Position numbers and translations under genes: made by a program. Shown in pieces: positions 33,675-42,473 of a DNA stretch of 48,001 nt (position 1 is its first letter; each line of letters opens with the position of its first letter). The notes under the pieces were generated by a model. The model was not told where the DNA came from. It saw only the letters and a list, made by a program, of their open reading frames with translations, and did no database searches. Origin of the DNA: an uncultured Lentimicrobiaceae bacterium (GTDB taxonomy: Bacteria; Bacteroidota; Bacteroidia; Bacteroidales; WCHB1-69); assembly GCA_964598505.1 (NCBI GenBank), contig CAZRCF010000001.1:23479-71479 (forward strand). Direction: 5' to 3'.

Positions 33675-35819
33675 GTGAATATAACCGGACAAGGACAATA
33701 TTCAAAACAGATTGCTGCACTTAGAGATCCCACAAAGATTGAAAATATGCAGCACAAATTAATATTTATATATCCAATGTTATTTGCTGATAAAATTAAG
33801 GTTCCGAATAGCCAATCTTTTGAAGCCTCAATGAGAGATTTTCTCTCTGTTACTTTTTTATCAGATATATTTATTCAAAATACATTTAATACTATTCAAT
33901 TGGCTAATCAAATTCGACCACTTTGGGATGAAAATAGACAAGCTATTGATCCAACTTTAGCAATTGCAAGAGCAACAAGTAATCAACAATACGGAGTTTA
34001 TACTACTCCAACAAGTTCACAATATCCAATTGGTCCAGAACATCAGGGGACAATTCAACAAAAAATTAATCAAAAAACGGCGGTTATTCAACATCTTCTT
34101 AAAACCGATCCAAAACTTGCTAAAACTCGACCTTTTATTGAAACAATTACTCTTGGTAATATGATCGATGTTCCTGTTATTGTTGGGACAGCTCAATACC
34201 CAGTTGATACACTTACTTTAATGTACGTATTAATTGCAGCAATTGGATTAAATAAAAAACTTACAAGTGAAGCAGATCTTGAAGTAATTTTTGATGAACT
34301 TGAAAAACTTGATGAAAGGAAATATTGGAATCTTTTAACAAACATTACTAGAACTTCAAAAAATCCAGAGGATTTAGCTGATTGGTTTCGTGGAAAAATA
34401 TCTTCTGGTTTAACTACACTTAGTAGTTGGAAGAAAACTCCTGCAATTGTTTCTAAGACATCTAGAAATTGGGCAGTGGGGTTAAATAAAAGAAAAGAAA
34501 ACCCACCAGAATTGGGAAAACAAAACCATCAACTTGCTCCATTACTTCTTAATAAAACTGATTTAGATCAAACTAAATTATATTTTAAGTTTGTTTTAAA
34601 TCCAGATTTTGCCAGAACACGATATGGAATTGATGCTTCAAAAGGTGAAGATAAATTACAAGATTTATCTGCTGTAAAATTTAAAACAGAATTCACTCAT
34701 ATTAAGAAAATTACATTGGCAAATTTCTCAGAGTATGTTGGTTCTGTAGGAACATCACTTTTACATTCTGTAACAAATCTTATATCAACTGGGATGTCAG
34801 CTACTGCCGATATATCTAAATTAAAAGCCGAAATAATTGATACGAATATGTTTGAAAAAATTGAACCACATTTAGATCAAATTCTTAGTGGAATTGATAT
34901 GGGATTGAAGAAAAGTTCTATAGAGTCTTCAAGAAACAAAATTAATATTTTAAAGGAATTATGTAAAATTCCTTCCGCAGAACACATATCAGATTTTTCG
35001 AAAAAAGGTATTGAAACAAGCGTTGTATTTGGGGATTTTGATTTAGATAAGTTTAAACAATTTACAAAATTCTTTGAACAATTTGCAACTGTTAGCGCTT
35101 CATTATCTACAAAAATGGAAAATGAAATTAAGTATTTGTCTAATGAAAATGAACAGCATATAATAATGTCACATTTTGATAATCTTAAAAATGAAATTGG
35201 AGATTCAATTAAAGAATTTTTCAAGTATTATCGAGATGATTTAAATACTTCACAAGAAGAATCTCATTTACAACATGTAACTGGACAAGATGCAACTGTT
35301 ATTAATGAACGAGGAATAACAAGTTTTGAAACAGGATTAATCAAAATATTTTATTTTATTTTATTAGCACAACTCCAAGCATCATTGTGCAAGTTTATTT
35401 TAACTGCAGATGTAGATCTTGAAATGGTTACCAATGAAGTTACTGCATGGCCAAATTATACACTTGTTCTTCCACTTGAAATTGTAACAGCTTTACATGC
35501 AGCTGTCATGGGTATAAGTTGGGAACATATGTTACTGGGTGGAAAACCTGGTCAATCATTGACTAGGGAAGATTCACCATTGGACAAAGGAGCTATAAAT
35601 TCAAGAGGAATTATACAAATTAATGAAGGATATATTAAAGGCATTATTAAATTCATCAGTAGACGCCTTGTTATACCAAATTTAATTGTAGTTGATGCTA
35701 AACGCGGAGAAATATATTATAAACTTATGAATCAAACTGATATTAATAAGCAAAAATTATCAACGATTGATACATTCGTTCAATCGAAATTAAATCGTCA
35801 AATGACTTCACAATTTTAA
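33675..35819 (+). CDS. Large hypothetical protein, probably a virion protein
   Basis: 714 aa ORF; GAGGTG RBS before GTG; no motif recognised with confidence. Confidence 0.6.
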   Translation: MNITGQGQYSKQIAALRDPTKIENMQHKLIFIYPMLFADKIKVPNSQSFEASMRDFLSVTFLSDIFIQNTFNTIQLANQIRPLWDENRQAIDPTLAIARATSNQQYGVYTTPTSSQYPIGPEHQGTIQQKINQKTAVIQHLLKTDPKLAKTRPFIETITLGNMIDVPVIVGTAQYPVDTLTLMYVLIAAIGLNKKLTSEADLEVIFDELEKLDERKYWNLLTNITRTSKNPEDLADWFRGKISSGLTTLSSWKKTPAIVSKTSRNWAVGLNKRKENPPELGKQNHQLAPLLLNKTDLDQTKLYFKFVLNPDFARTRYGIDASKGEDKLQDLSAVKFKTEFTHIKKITLANFSEYVGSVGTSLLHSVTNLISTGMSATADISKLKAEIIDTNMFEKIEPHLDQILSGIDMGLKKSSIESSRNKINILKELCKIPSAEHISDFSKKGIETSVVFGDFDLDKFKQFTKFFEQFATVSASLSTKMENEIKYLSNENEQHIIMSHFDNLKNEIGDSIKEFFKYYRDDLNTSQEESHLQHVTGQDATVINERGITSFETGLIKIFYFILLAQLQASLCKFILTADVDLEMVTNEVTAWPNYTLVLPLEIVTALHAAVMGISWEHMLLGGKPGQSLTREDSPLDKGAINSRGIIQINEGYIKGIIKFISRRLVIPNLIVVDAKRGEIYYKLMNQTDINKQKLSTIDTFVQSKLNRQMTSQF

Positions 35820-35832
35820 GGAGGAATTTTAA

Positions 35833-36555
35833 ATGCAACTATTGGCCGAAAATTATAATTTTGATGCAATGGTCGAATCACAGAACGCATTGCGGAAGAT
35901 CCAAGAATCGAAGAGTAAGAAAATAAATCATTTAGAGTTAATTCAAGAAGGGATTCAAAAAGCATCTGCTGGTTCTGAATTTTTTGAAGCTTATGATTCG
36001 TTATTATGGGAAGGCAAAGTAAAAATTGATATGCTTTATTTTGATCAACTTTTACAAAAAATTGAAGAATCAGAACAAGTTTATGAAGCTCTGGGAAGCT
36101 ATTTCAAAAATATTCGACAGATTTATGAATTTGTTAATTTGAAACCAGAGATATATGGTAAAGGTTTGGATTACTCACTTCTTGAGAAATCGAATGAAAC
36201 ACAACATCAGTTATTGTCTAATGTTATTTATGAATATTTTGATAAGAATTTTTATTCATTATCAGTTGAACAACGCAAACAAAAATATCTTGAGGAATCT
36301 CGTGAACTTGCTAAACATTTGATTTCTGAAGGTACTGAACCAGAGGAAGCAATTTCTTTTAGCACAAAAGTTAGCATTGTTGAAAGTTTATTACAGAAGA
36401 TTGCATTTCCGTTTGCCGTTTGGTCAAGAATTAATTATCTTACAGAATCAGATGATTATCGTAAAGTTTTCGATCAAGAAGCTTTAGTAGATTTGGTAGA
36501 TTCTTTTGAGAAGAAAGTACATTCATTATCTAAAGTTGTGAGTGCTGTTGTCTAA
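35833..36555 (+). CDS. Hypothetical helical acidic protein
   Basis: AAGGAGG RBS; 240 aa. Confidence 0.65.
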   Translation: MQLLAENYNFDAMVESQNALRKIQESKSKKINHLELIQEGIQKASAGSEFFEAYDSLLWEGKVKIDMLYFDQLLQKIEESEQVYEALGSYFKNIRQIYEFVNLKPEIYGKGLDYSLLEKSNETQHQLLSNVIYEYFDKNFYSLSVEQRKQKYLEESRELAKHLISEGTEPEEAISFSTKVSIVESLLQKIAFPFAVWSRINYLTESDDYRKVFDQEALVDLVDSFEKKVHSLSKVVSAVV

Positions 36556-36583
36556 AATTATAGAAGTTTATAAGGGAGAGAAT

Positions 36584-37831
36584 ATGTCCAAACAAGTTTT
36601 ATTAATATATGATCAATTAGATAAAAATGTACAATCAGATCCAACACTCTTGACTAAACTACATGGTGAATTGAGTAAGATGGTATCCGCAACATATCAG
36701 CAGGCGATGGCTTCTGATGAAGGATATTGTTTTAAATTTACTCTTCCAACAACAGCTGTTATGGGATTATTTACTCTTTTAAAATTAGATCAAGCATCAG
36801 TAGGGAGAGCATTTCAATCTGATTGGAAGTTTCCAAATCATGCAGTTATGTATAATGATCCATATTATCAAATATTGTTACTCATCACCTATTATGGAAT
36901 TCGTCGGAATGACGATCAAATGATTAACAATGCATTATTACTATTATTAGAAAAGATCTGGAATGGTCGAAAATATGCTTATATCAAATATTGTGATAAG
37001 CGAATAATGGGTTATTTAGTAAACCACATGGTAAATAAAAAACATAATGTTGCTAGATTCGATACACCATTAGCTCTTATGAAAGATTATTTTGTGCCAA
37101 CATTGATGAAAAAATATAGACCAGAGATAGCTAGCGATGCTTATAGATTGCGACAATTATTTATGCAATGTTGGGCAAGAGTTGATCAAATGTTTATATT
37201 TAATCCAGTCATTGATATCAATACTGGGGAAAAGAGAGCTCAAGGTGGTTTACTACCGATGTATATGAAAGCTAAGGCTGAAGGATTATATCAGTCTACA
37301 CCAACTGTTATGAAAGGCGATTCAGATGAAGAGCCAGGATTCGATCAATATTCTACAATGCATAATCGCGATAGTATAGTAACATCAACTGCTGATTTTA
37401 TTACAATGAATTCAAAAGCAACTTATCCTCAATCTTTTATTGATGAAGTTAATAAGAATACAAAAGTTTCATCAAAGGTAATTGAGCAAATGTTAGTTGC
37501 TTTGCATAATCATAAAAATTATGATTTGATTCATGATGCTTTAGCGGTTATATTATCTAGAACAAAAGTTGTAGATAAAAATGATATTTGTAATAAAGAA
37601 TTTGCGAATAATGTGAAAAGAAATATAGTTTCATCTAAAAATACAGAAGAGATACGAAAGTTACAAAAAGTATTATCTATGTTAACTTCTAAAATCTTTT
37701 CGGAGAATTTAAGTATTAATTTAGATAATTATGGTAAGGCGCAACAGATGCAAATTCAGAATGTTGTGTTACATGGGTTAATTCATAACTTACAGAAACA
37801 CAATTGCCAGAATCTTATTGATATAGGTTAA
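36584..37831 (+). CDS. Hypothetical helical protein
   Basis: ATG 36584 follows AAGGGAG; the track start at 36542 overlaps the previous gene. Confidence 0.65.
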   Translation: MSKQVLLIYDQLDKNVQSDPTLLTKLHGELSKMVSATYQQAMASDEGYCFKFTLPTTAVMGLFTLLKLDQASVGRAFQSDWKFPNHAVMYNDPYYQILLLITYYGIRRNDDQMINNALLLLLEKIWNGRKYAYIKYCDKRIMGYLVNHMVNKKHNVARFDTPLALMKDYFVPTLMKKYRPEIASDAYRLRQLFMQCWARVDQMFIFNPVIDINTGEKRAQGGLLPMYMKAKAEGLYQSTPTVMKGDSDEEPGFDQYSTMHNRDSIVTSTADFITMNSKATYPQSFIDEVNKNTKVSSKVIEQMLVALHNHKNYDLIHDALAVILSRTKVVDKNDICNKEFANNVKRNIVSSKNTEEIRKLQKVLSMLTSKIFSENLSINLDNYGKAQQMQIQNVVLHGLIHNLQKHNCQNLIDIG

Positions 37832-37835
37832 ATAT

Positions 37836-37874
37836 TTAATCGGCAAGATCTTTAAACTAGATCTTGCCGATTAA
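37836..37874. repeat. Hairpin with the AGATCTTGCCG core (copy 3)
   Basis: 16-bp perfect stem TTAATCGGCAAGATCT / AGATCTTGCCGATTAA, loop TTAAACT; abuts the next RBS. Confidence 0.8.
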
Positions 37875-37884
37875 GGAGAAAACT

Positions 37885-38991
37885 ATGGGAATTTTAGATA
37901 CGGTCACAAGTAGTATTTTTAAGAGTAGTGGAGGATCTATTACTGAAGATTTATTTGGCTATCAAGGAGCTACTTTAATTGGATATTTAGATTCAGTTTT
38001 TGCAGCAGGTCAACCACATGCTGATGTTATAAAATATTTTTATCAGCAATTATATCGAGATTTTGCACCAGATATTAATGGTTATACAATGGTGTTTTTT
38101 ATACCACCACATTTGTCTGGTTATCAAAATAACATAAATTTAGAAGGTCTTGACATGTTGTATGATCAAATTGATCCAAATAGTTATATGAGTACTGTTG
38201 GTAAAATTATGACATTTGCTGCAGTTGATTTTACACCTCCACAGAGTCAAGTTAGAACGGAAAGTGTATCTACACGTTCAGGTTCGATACCAATAGCTTC
38301 AGAAGTGTCCGAATCAGAAACGTGTTCGATTACTTTTATAGATAATAGTAATCTAGATATTTATATGTTTCATCATCTTTGGGTTGAATATATTCGTGAA
38401 ATTCTTGAAGGAACAGTCGAACCACAAGATATATATTATGATACTCTTAGAATTAAAGATAAACAAACAGGTAAAATAACTGAAACAGGTGATCCAGTTG
38501 ATAGTGATTTTTATGGTGCAATTGATTATGCAGCCGCTTTTTATATTGTTAAATATAGACCAGATATGAAAACAGTTACATACATTTCAAAATGTGTTGG
38601 TGTATTTCCCCAGAGCTTGCCGAACAAAGAATTAATAGGATCAAGAGCAACTAATGAAATTGTAACTCTCCCATTTACATATTCTTGTAGTGGATTTCGA
38701 GAAGCATTATATCATGAACAATCAACTGGTATGTGGATTTTTGATGAATTAGATACAATACTTCAAAGATTTTCCTCTAAACCTAGTGAAGGGTTGTTTG
38801 GTGGTTTCTTGGGAGAAGTTCTTAATAATGTTATTGGTCCAACAAGTGGAGTTCTTAAAAACTTAACAAGTAATGCTGCTACTCTTGGTGGAATTACAGG
38901 AGCTACACAAACAGGGCTTTCAAATATGTGGTCATCTATCAAAGGTGTAGCTCAACCAAATGGATTTTCTAAAATTTTCAGTGTAAAATAA
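37885..38991 (+). CDS. Tail tube / baseplate-tube junction-like protein
   Basis: FTPPQ...SETCSITFIDNSNLDIYMFHHLWVEY...GVFPQSL...LPFTYS resembles the tube fold, and the gene sits next to the baseplate gene. ATG 37885 follows AAGGAG. Confidence 0.55.
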   Translation: MGILDTVTSSIFKSSGGSITEDLFGYQGATLIGYLDSVFAAGQPHADVIKYFYQQLYRDFAPDINGYTMVFFIPPHLSGYQNNINLEGLDMLYDQIDPNSYMSTVGKIMTFAAVDFTPPQSQVRTESVSTRSGSIPIASEVSESETCSITFIDNSNLDIYMFHHLWVEYIREILEGTVEPQDIYYDTLRIKDKQTGKITETGDPVDSDFYGAIDYAAAFYIVKYRPDMKTVTYISKCVGVFPQSLPNKELIGSRATNEIVTLPFTYSCSGFREALYHEQSTGMWIFDELDTILQRFSSKPSEGLFGGFLGEVLNNVIGPTSGVLKNLTSNAATLGGITGATQTGLSNMWSSIKGVAQPNGFSKIFSVK

Positions 38992-39012
38992 ATAATTTTT
39001 TGAGGATAAAAA

Positions 39013-42000
39013 ATGGCATCGACTCTACCAGATCTTAGTTATACAACTCCTGAGGAGTTTGTAAATTATTATTATGAGAAGCTTAAAACAGATTTAAGTG
39101 TGTATGATTTACAAATTAGTAAAGTTGGTTTTGTTGGTTATTTTTTAAACCTTCTTGGATATACACATTTTGATTTAAAACAATATTATGATAGTTTATT
39201 TAAAGAGTCTTTTGTTGGAACGTCACAGACAGAAGAAAGTCAATATTTACATGCATCAAATTATGGATATATTCCTACTTTTGCAAATGCTGCAAATGCT
39301 ACAGGAACGCTGCAATTTGATATGGTTAATTGGTTACCTAGAAGACAATCTAATGTTGTTAGAAGAGAAGTTATTATAGGTTATAATACAACATTGGGAG
39401 AATATACCCCGTTATCTAGTACATTTAAATTAGAGGATATACAATTTTCAATAGATTCAATCTATAAATTTGTCGAAATAGAGGATAATGGTTCTTATTA
39501 TTATTATACAGATATTATAACTTCAGATGGTACAAAAATTACTCTACCATCATCATCATTTTCAATTGTAGTCCCATTATATTCTACGACACAATATACC
39601 AAAAAAGAAATTTCGTTTGAGATCAAACCATATAATTTTGGTTCGTATCAAACATATTATTTTGGAATTGATTCAGGATACTATATTTCTGATCTTGAAG
39701 TTTATGTGACAGAAGTAGGATCAACAGTCGAAGAACAATATGATATCAAATATACGAAATACCTTGAAAAGGGAAATGACAAAAGTGTTTTTTTAAGAAA
39801 AATAACATCGATAGATTATGTTATTGAGTTTGGTTCGGGTGTTCGAGGAAATTGGATTTCTGGTGCCAGTATAAGAATAGTTATTAAAACAACAAGAGGA
39901 ACTGCTGGAAATTTAATAGATAAAACAAATCAAAAATTGCAGATTACAGGTAATACTTTATCATTTGATTATATTCTTGAATCAACAAGTCTTTTAACAT
40001 CTATAAATTCAACAGTTTTACAACAACCGCTTGTTGATTTTGATTATGCTGAAAGTGGGCGCAATCCACTTAGTGGAGAAGATTTACGAGATGCAATTGT
40101 GAATTTTATACAAACTCGTGAAAATTTAATTAGTCAGCAGGATTTTTATAATATTGCTGCTGATTATTTTGATGATTTTAAATTTCTTTTTAAGAAGTTT
40201 AATATATATGATAATATTTTTCATCTTTGTAGATCTTTTAGAGATCGAAATCAGACAATTTTTTATACTACAAATCATACAGAACAAGTAATGAATTTAA
40301 AAATAACATCAGGTTCAAGTTATGATATTACTGCAACTCCTTTAGCTGGAACAGGAACATTAGTATCCGGAGTATATGGATATTTCGTTATATCTATTGA
40401 TGCGTGGGGACATTCTGAACCATCTAAAATAGTTCAGGCAACTGTAAATAGTGGTGCAGGAGAAAATTCTGTTACTATTACTTGGGATATAGTTCCATAT
40501 GCAACAAAATATCGAGTCTATGGAAGAGCATCAACTTTTAGAGATCAATATTGGGAAGTAGATGATGATGGTAGTTTAACATATTCAATTATTGATGATG
40601 GAACTTCTGGAACTGCTGATACTGAACCAATATCATATGAATTACAAGAGATATATTATAGACCATTATTTACAATAGAAAGTCGAAACTTTATAAGTCC
40701 TTATGTATTTAAAGGAAACACTAGAATGAATTATTATGATGGTTATCTCATGAAAGATCTTTCTAGAATTGAGTTTGCTGAGATACTTCCTGAATCGAGT
40801 ACACTTGGTACGGGTTTTGATATTCCAATGGTATATCTGAATTTGGAATATGATGAAAGTTCTTATAAAACTGTTGTTAAACTAAAATCTTATCAAACAA
40901 TAGGAAATTTAGTTTTTTCAATATCTGTATTTGGTGAAAATTTTGATATTGTTGGTAAACGAATGACATGTTTTCCATTACCCCCAGATGTTCTTTGTCC
41001 TAACTATTTCGTATACGAATATACTGATGTCGATACATTCGGAATATTTGAAAAAGAAATACAAATGGAGATAAAAGGAGGAACTGCAAGTTCGATCATT
41101 ACTAATAGTATTGAACCATATACAATTGGAGCAGGAGAAGATATATTAAAAATTAAATGTAATGACATCTCAGAAGGATATATTGACTCATTTATTACTG
41201 TTACTCTTACAACTGGAGTTGTAACTGCTACTCAAATTGTAACAGATATAAATAATACTGTTGGTCTTATAGGACTTAATATTGCCTCTGTTTATGTAGA
41301 TGATGATGGGAATAATAGAGTTAATATTACACCACCAAGTGCAACTGTTACTAATGTTTTTATTGGTGAAACCTCAACATGTTTATTTGTTCTTGGACTC
41401 ACTGGAAGCGATACAGAACCTGCTGCTTTAAATGGACCAATAACATCTCTTAAATTTGTATGTAGAACCAATAAATTTTACCAATTAATAGATACATCAG
41501 ATCAATTAAAATTAATGAGATATAATTCCGGTGATGATTCATATATTATTAATGTTCCAGTTGTTGATGATATTACGTTTGATACAGATCCAGATTATTA
41601 TCTTGATAAGATTAAAAATTTTATTATAGATTCATCATTTAGTGAAAATAGAATGATTACGGACAATGTTCAATGTAGATTTTTAAATTCATATATGATT
41701 GAATCACCATTTATAGAATCAATATTTATTCAAAGTGGAGAAATATTTTCTAATAAAGAATATGAATTTCTTGGCTCCGTTATTGAAACCCTATCGTCTC
41801 CTCCTATTGTAGCTTTAAATGGTTCTCGTTATCGAGTTTCTACTTCTCCAGTTGGTGGAAGTGAATTTGAAGGACATTCTAATGAAATAGCATCTTATAT
41901 TACTGGTGCATGGGAATTTTATTCACCCATACTAAATGATTTCATTTTAGATAGTAACACAAACATTTATTACAGATGGAATTCAAATACTTCAACATGG

Positions 42001-42402
42001 GATAATATTCCAAAAATAATTTTACCATTATGTATGAGAATTGAAGCCAAAGCTGATAAAACTTATACTCAGAAAAATAATATTGATATAGCTACTGAAA
42101 GAGAAAATTTAACATTATCTATTGCTGAATTCTTACAAAAAGGATTTAGCGGTTCTAATATTATATTTTATAATAGTTTAATAACTGAATTCGTTCATAC
42201 TGGTAGAGCTTTTATTAAATCTGTAAAAGTTTATGTTACAGATTCTTCGAATGTTCCAAATGAAATGGATAATGGTATTGAAGTTAAAAGTGATAATGAT
42301 ATTTTTGCTGGTTTAAAAGATAAACTTGATATTGTTAAATATGTTCCACCAATGATATATTGGGATGTTGATAATATTGATATTGTAATTAATGTTGAAT
42401 AG
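39013..42402 (+). CDS. Baseplate wedge protein, T4 gp6-like N-terminus with inserted decoration domains
   Basis: LNLLGY...ESFVGTSQ...HASNYGYIPTFANAA; IEFGSGVRG; TTRGTAGN; GRNPLSGEDLR...RENLISQQDF. Confidence 0.75.
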   Translation: MASTLPDLSYTTPEEFVNYYYEKLKTDLSVYDLQISKVGFVGYFLNLLGYTHFDLKQYYDSLFKESFVGTSQTEESQYLHASNYGYIPTFANAANATGTLQFDMVNWLPRRQSNVVRREVIIGYNTTLGEYTPLSSTFKLEDIQFSIDSIYKFVEIEDNGSYYYYTDIITSDGTKITLPSSSFSIVVPLYSTTQYTKKEISFEIKPYNFGSYQTYYFGIDSGYYISDLEVYVTEVGSTVEEQYDIKYTKYLEKGNDKSVFLRKITSIDYVIEFGSGVRGNWISGASIRIVIKTTRGTAGNLIDKTNQKLQITGNTLSFDYILESTSLLTSINSTVLQQPLVDFDYAESGRNPLSGEDLRDAIVNFIQTRENLISQQDFYNIAADYFDDFKFLFKKFNIYDNIFHLCRSFRDRNQTIFYTTNHTEQVMNLKITSGSSYDITATPLAGTGTLVSGVYGYFVISIDAWGHSEPSKIVQATVNSGAGENSVTITWDIVPYATKYRVYGRASTFRDQYWEVDDDGSLTYSIIDDGTSGTADTEPISYELQEIYYRPLFTIESRNFISPYVFKGNTRMNYYDGYLMKDLSRIEFAEILPESSTLGTGFDIPMVYLNLEYDESSYKTVVKLKSYQTIGNLVFSISVFGENFDIVGKRMTCFPLPPDVLCPNYFVYEYTDVDTFGIFEKEIQMEIKGGTASSIITNSIEPYTIGAGEDILKIKCNDISEGYIDSFITVTLTTGVVTATQIVTDINNTVGLIGLNIASVYVDDDGNNRVNITPPSATVTNVFIGETSTCLFVLGLTGSDTEPAALNGPITSLKFVCRTNKFYQLIDTSDQLKLMRYNSGDDSYIINVPVVDDITFDTDPDYYLDKIKNFIIDSSFSENRMITDNVQCRFLNSYMIESPFIESIFIQSGEIFSNKEYEFLGSVIETLSSPPIVALNGSRYRVSTSPVGGSEFEGHSNEIASYITGAWEFYSPILNDFILDSNTNIYYRWNSNTSTWDNIPKIILPLCMRIEAKADKTYTQKNNIDIATERENLTLSIAEFLQKGFSGSNIIFYNSLITEFVHTGRAFIKSVKVYVTDSSNVPNEMDNGIEVKSDNDIFAGLKDKLDIVKYVPPMIYWDVDNIDIVINVE

Positions 42403-42407
42403 TTTGG

Positions 42408-42454
42408 AACCGGCAAGATCTCTTTAAAATAATTTTATCTAGATCTTGCCGGTT
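42408..42454. repeat. Hairpin with the AGATCTTGCCG core (copy 4)
   Basis: 14-bp perfect stem AACCGGCAAGATCT / AGATCTTGCCGGTT with a 19-nt AT-rich loop. Confidence 0.8.
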
Positions 42455-42473
42455 AGAAAAGTGGAGGCTAAAA

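Noticed and set aside
2773-42454. The conserved hairpins as MITE/IS ends or REP elements
   Set aside because: No target-site duplications, no transposase, and the outer arms differ between copies. A REP-like origin cannot be fully excluded.
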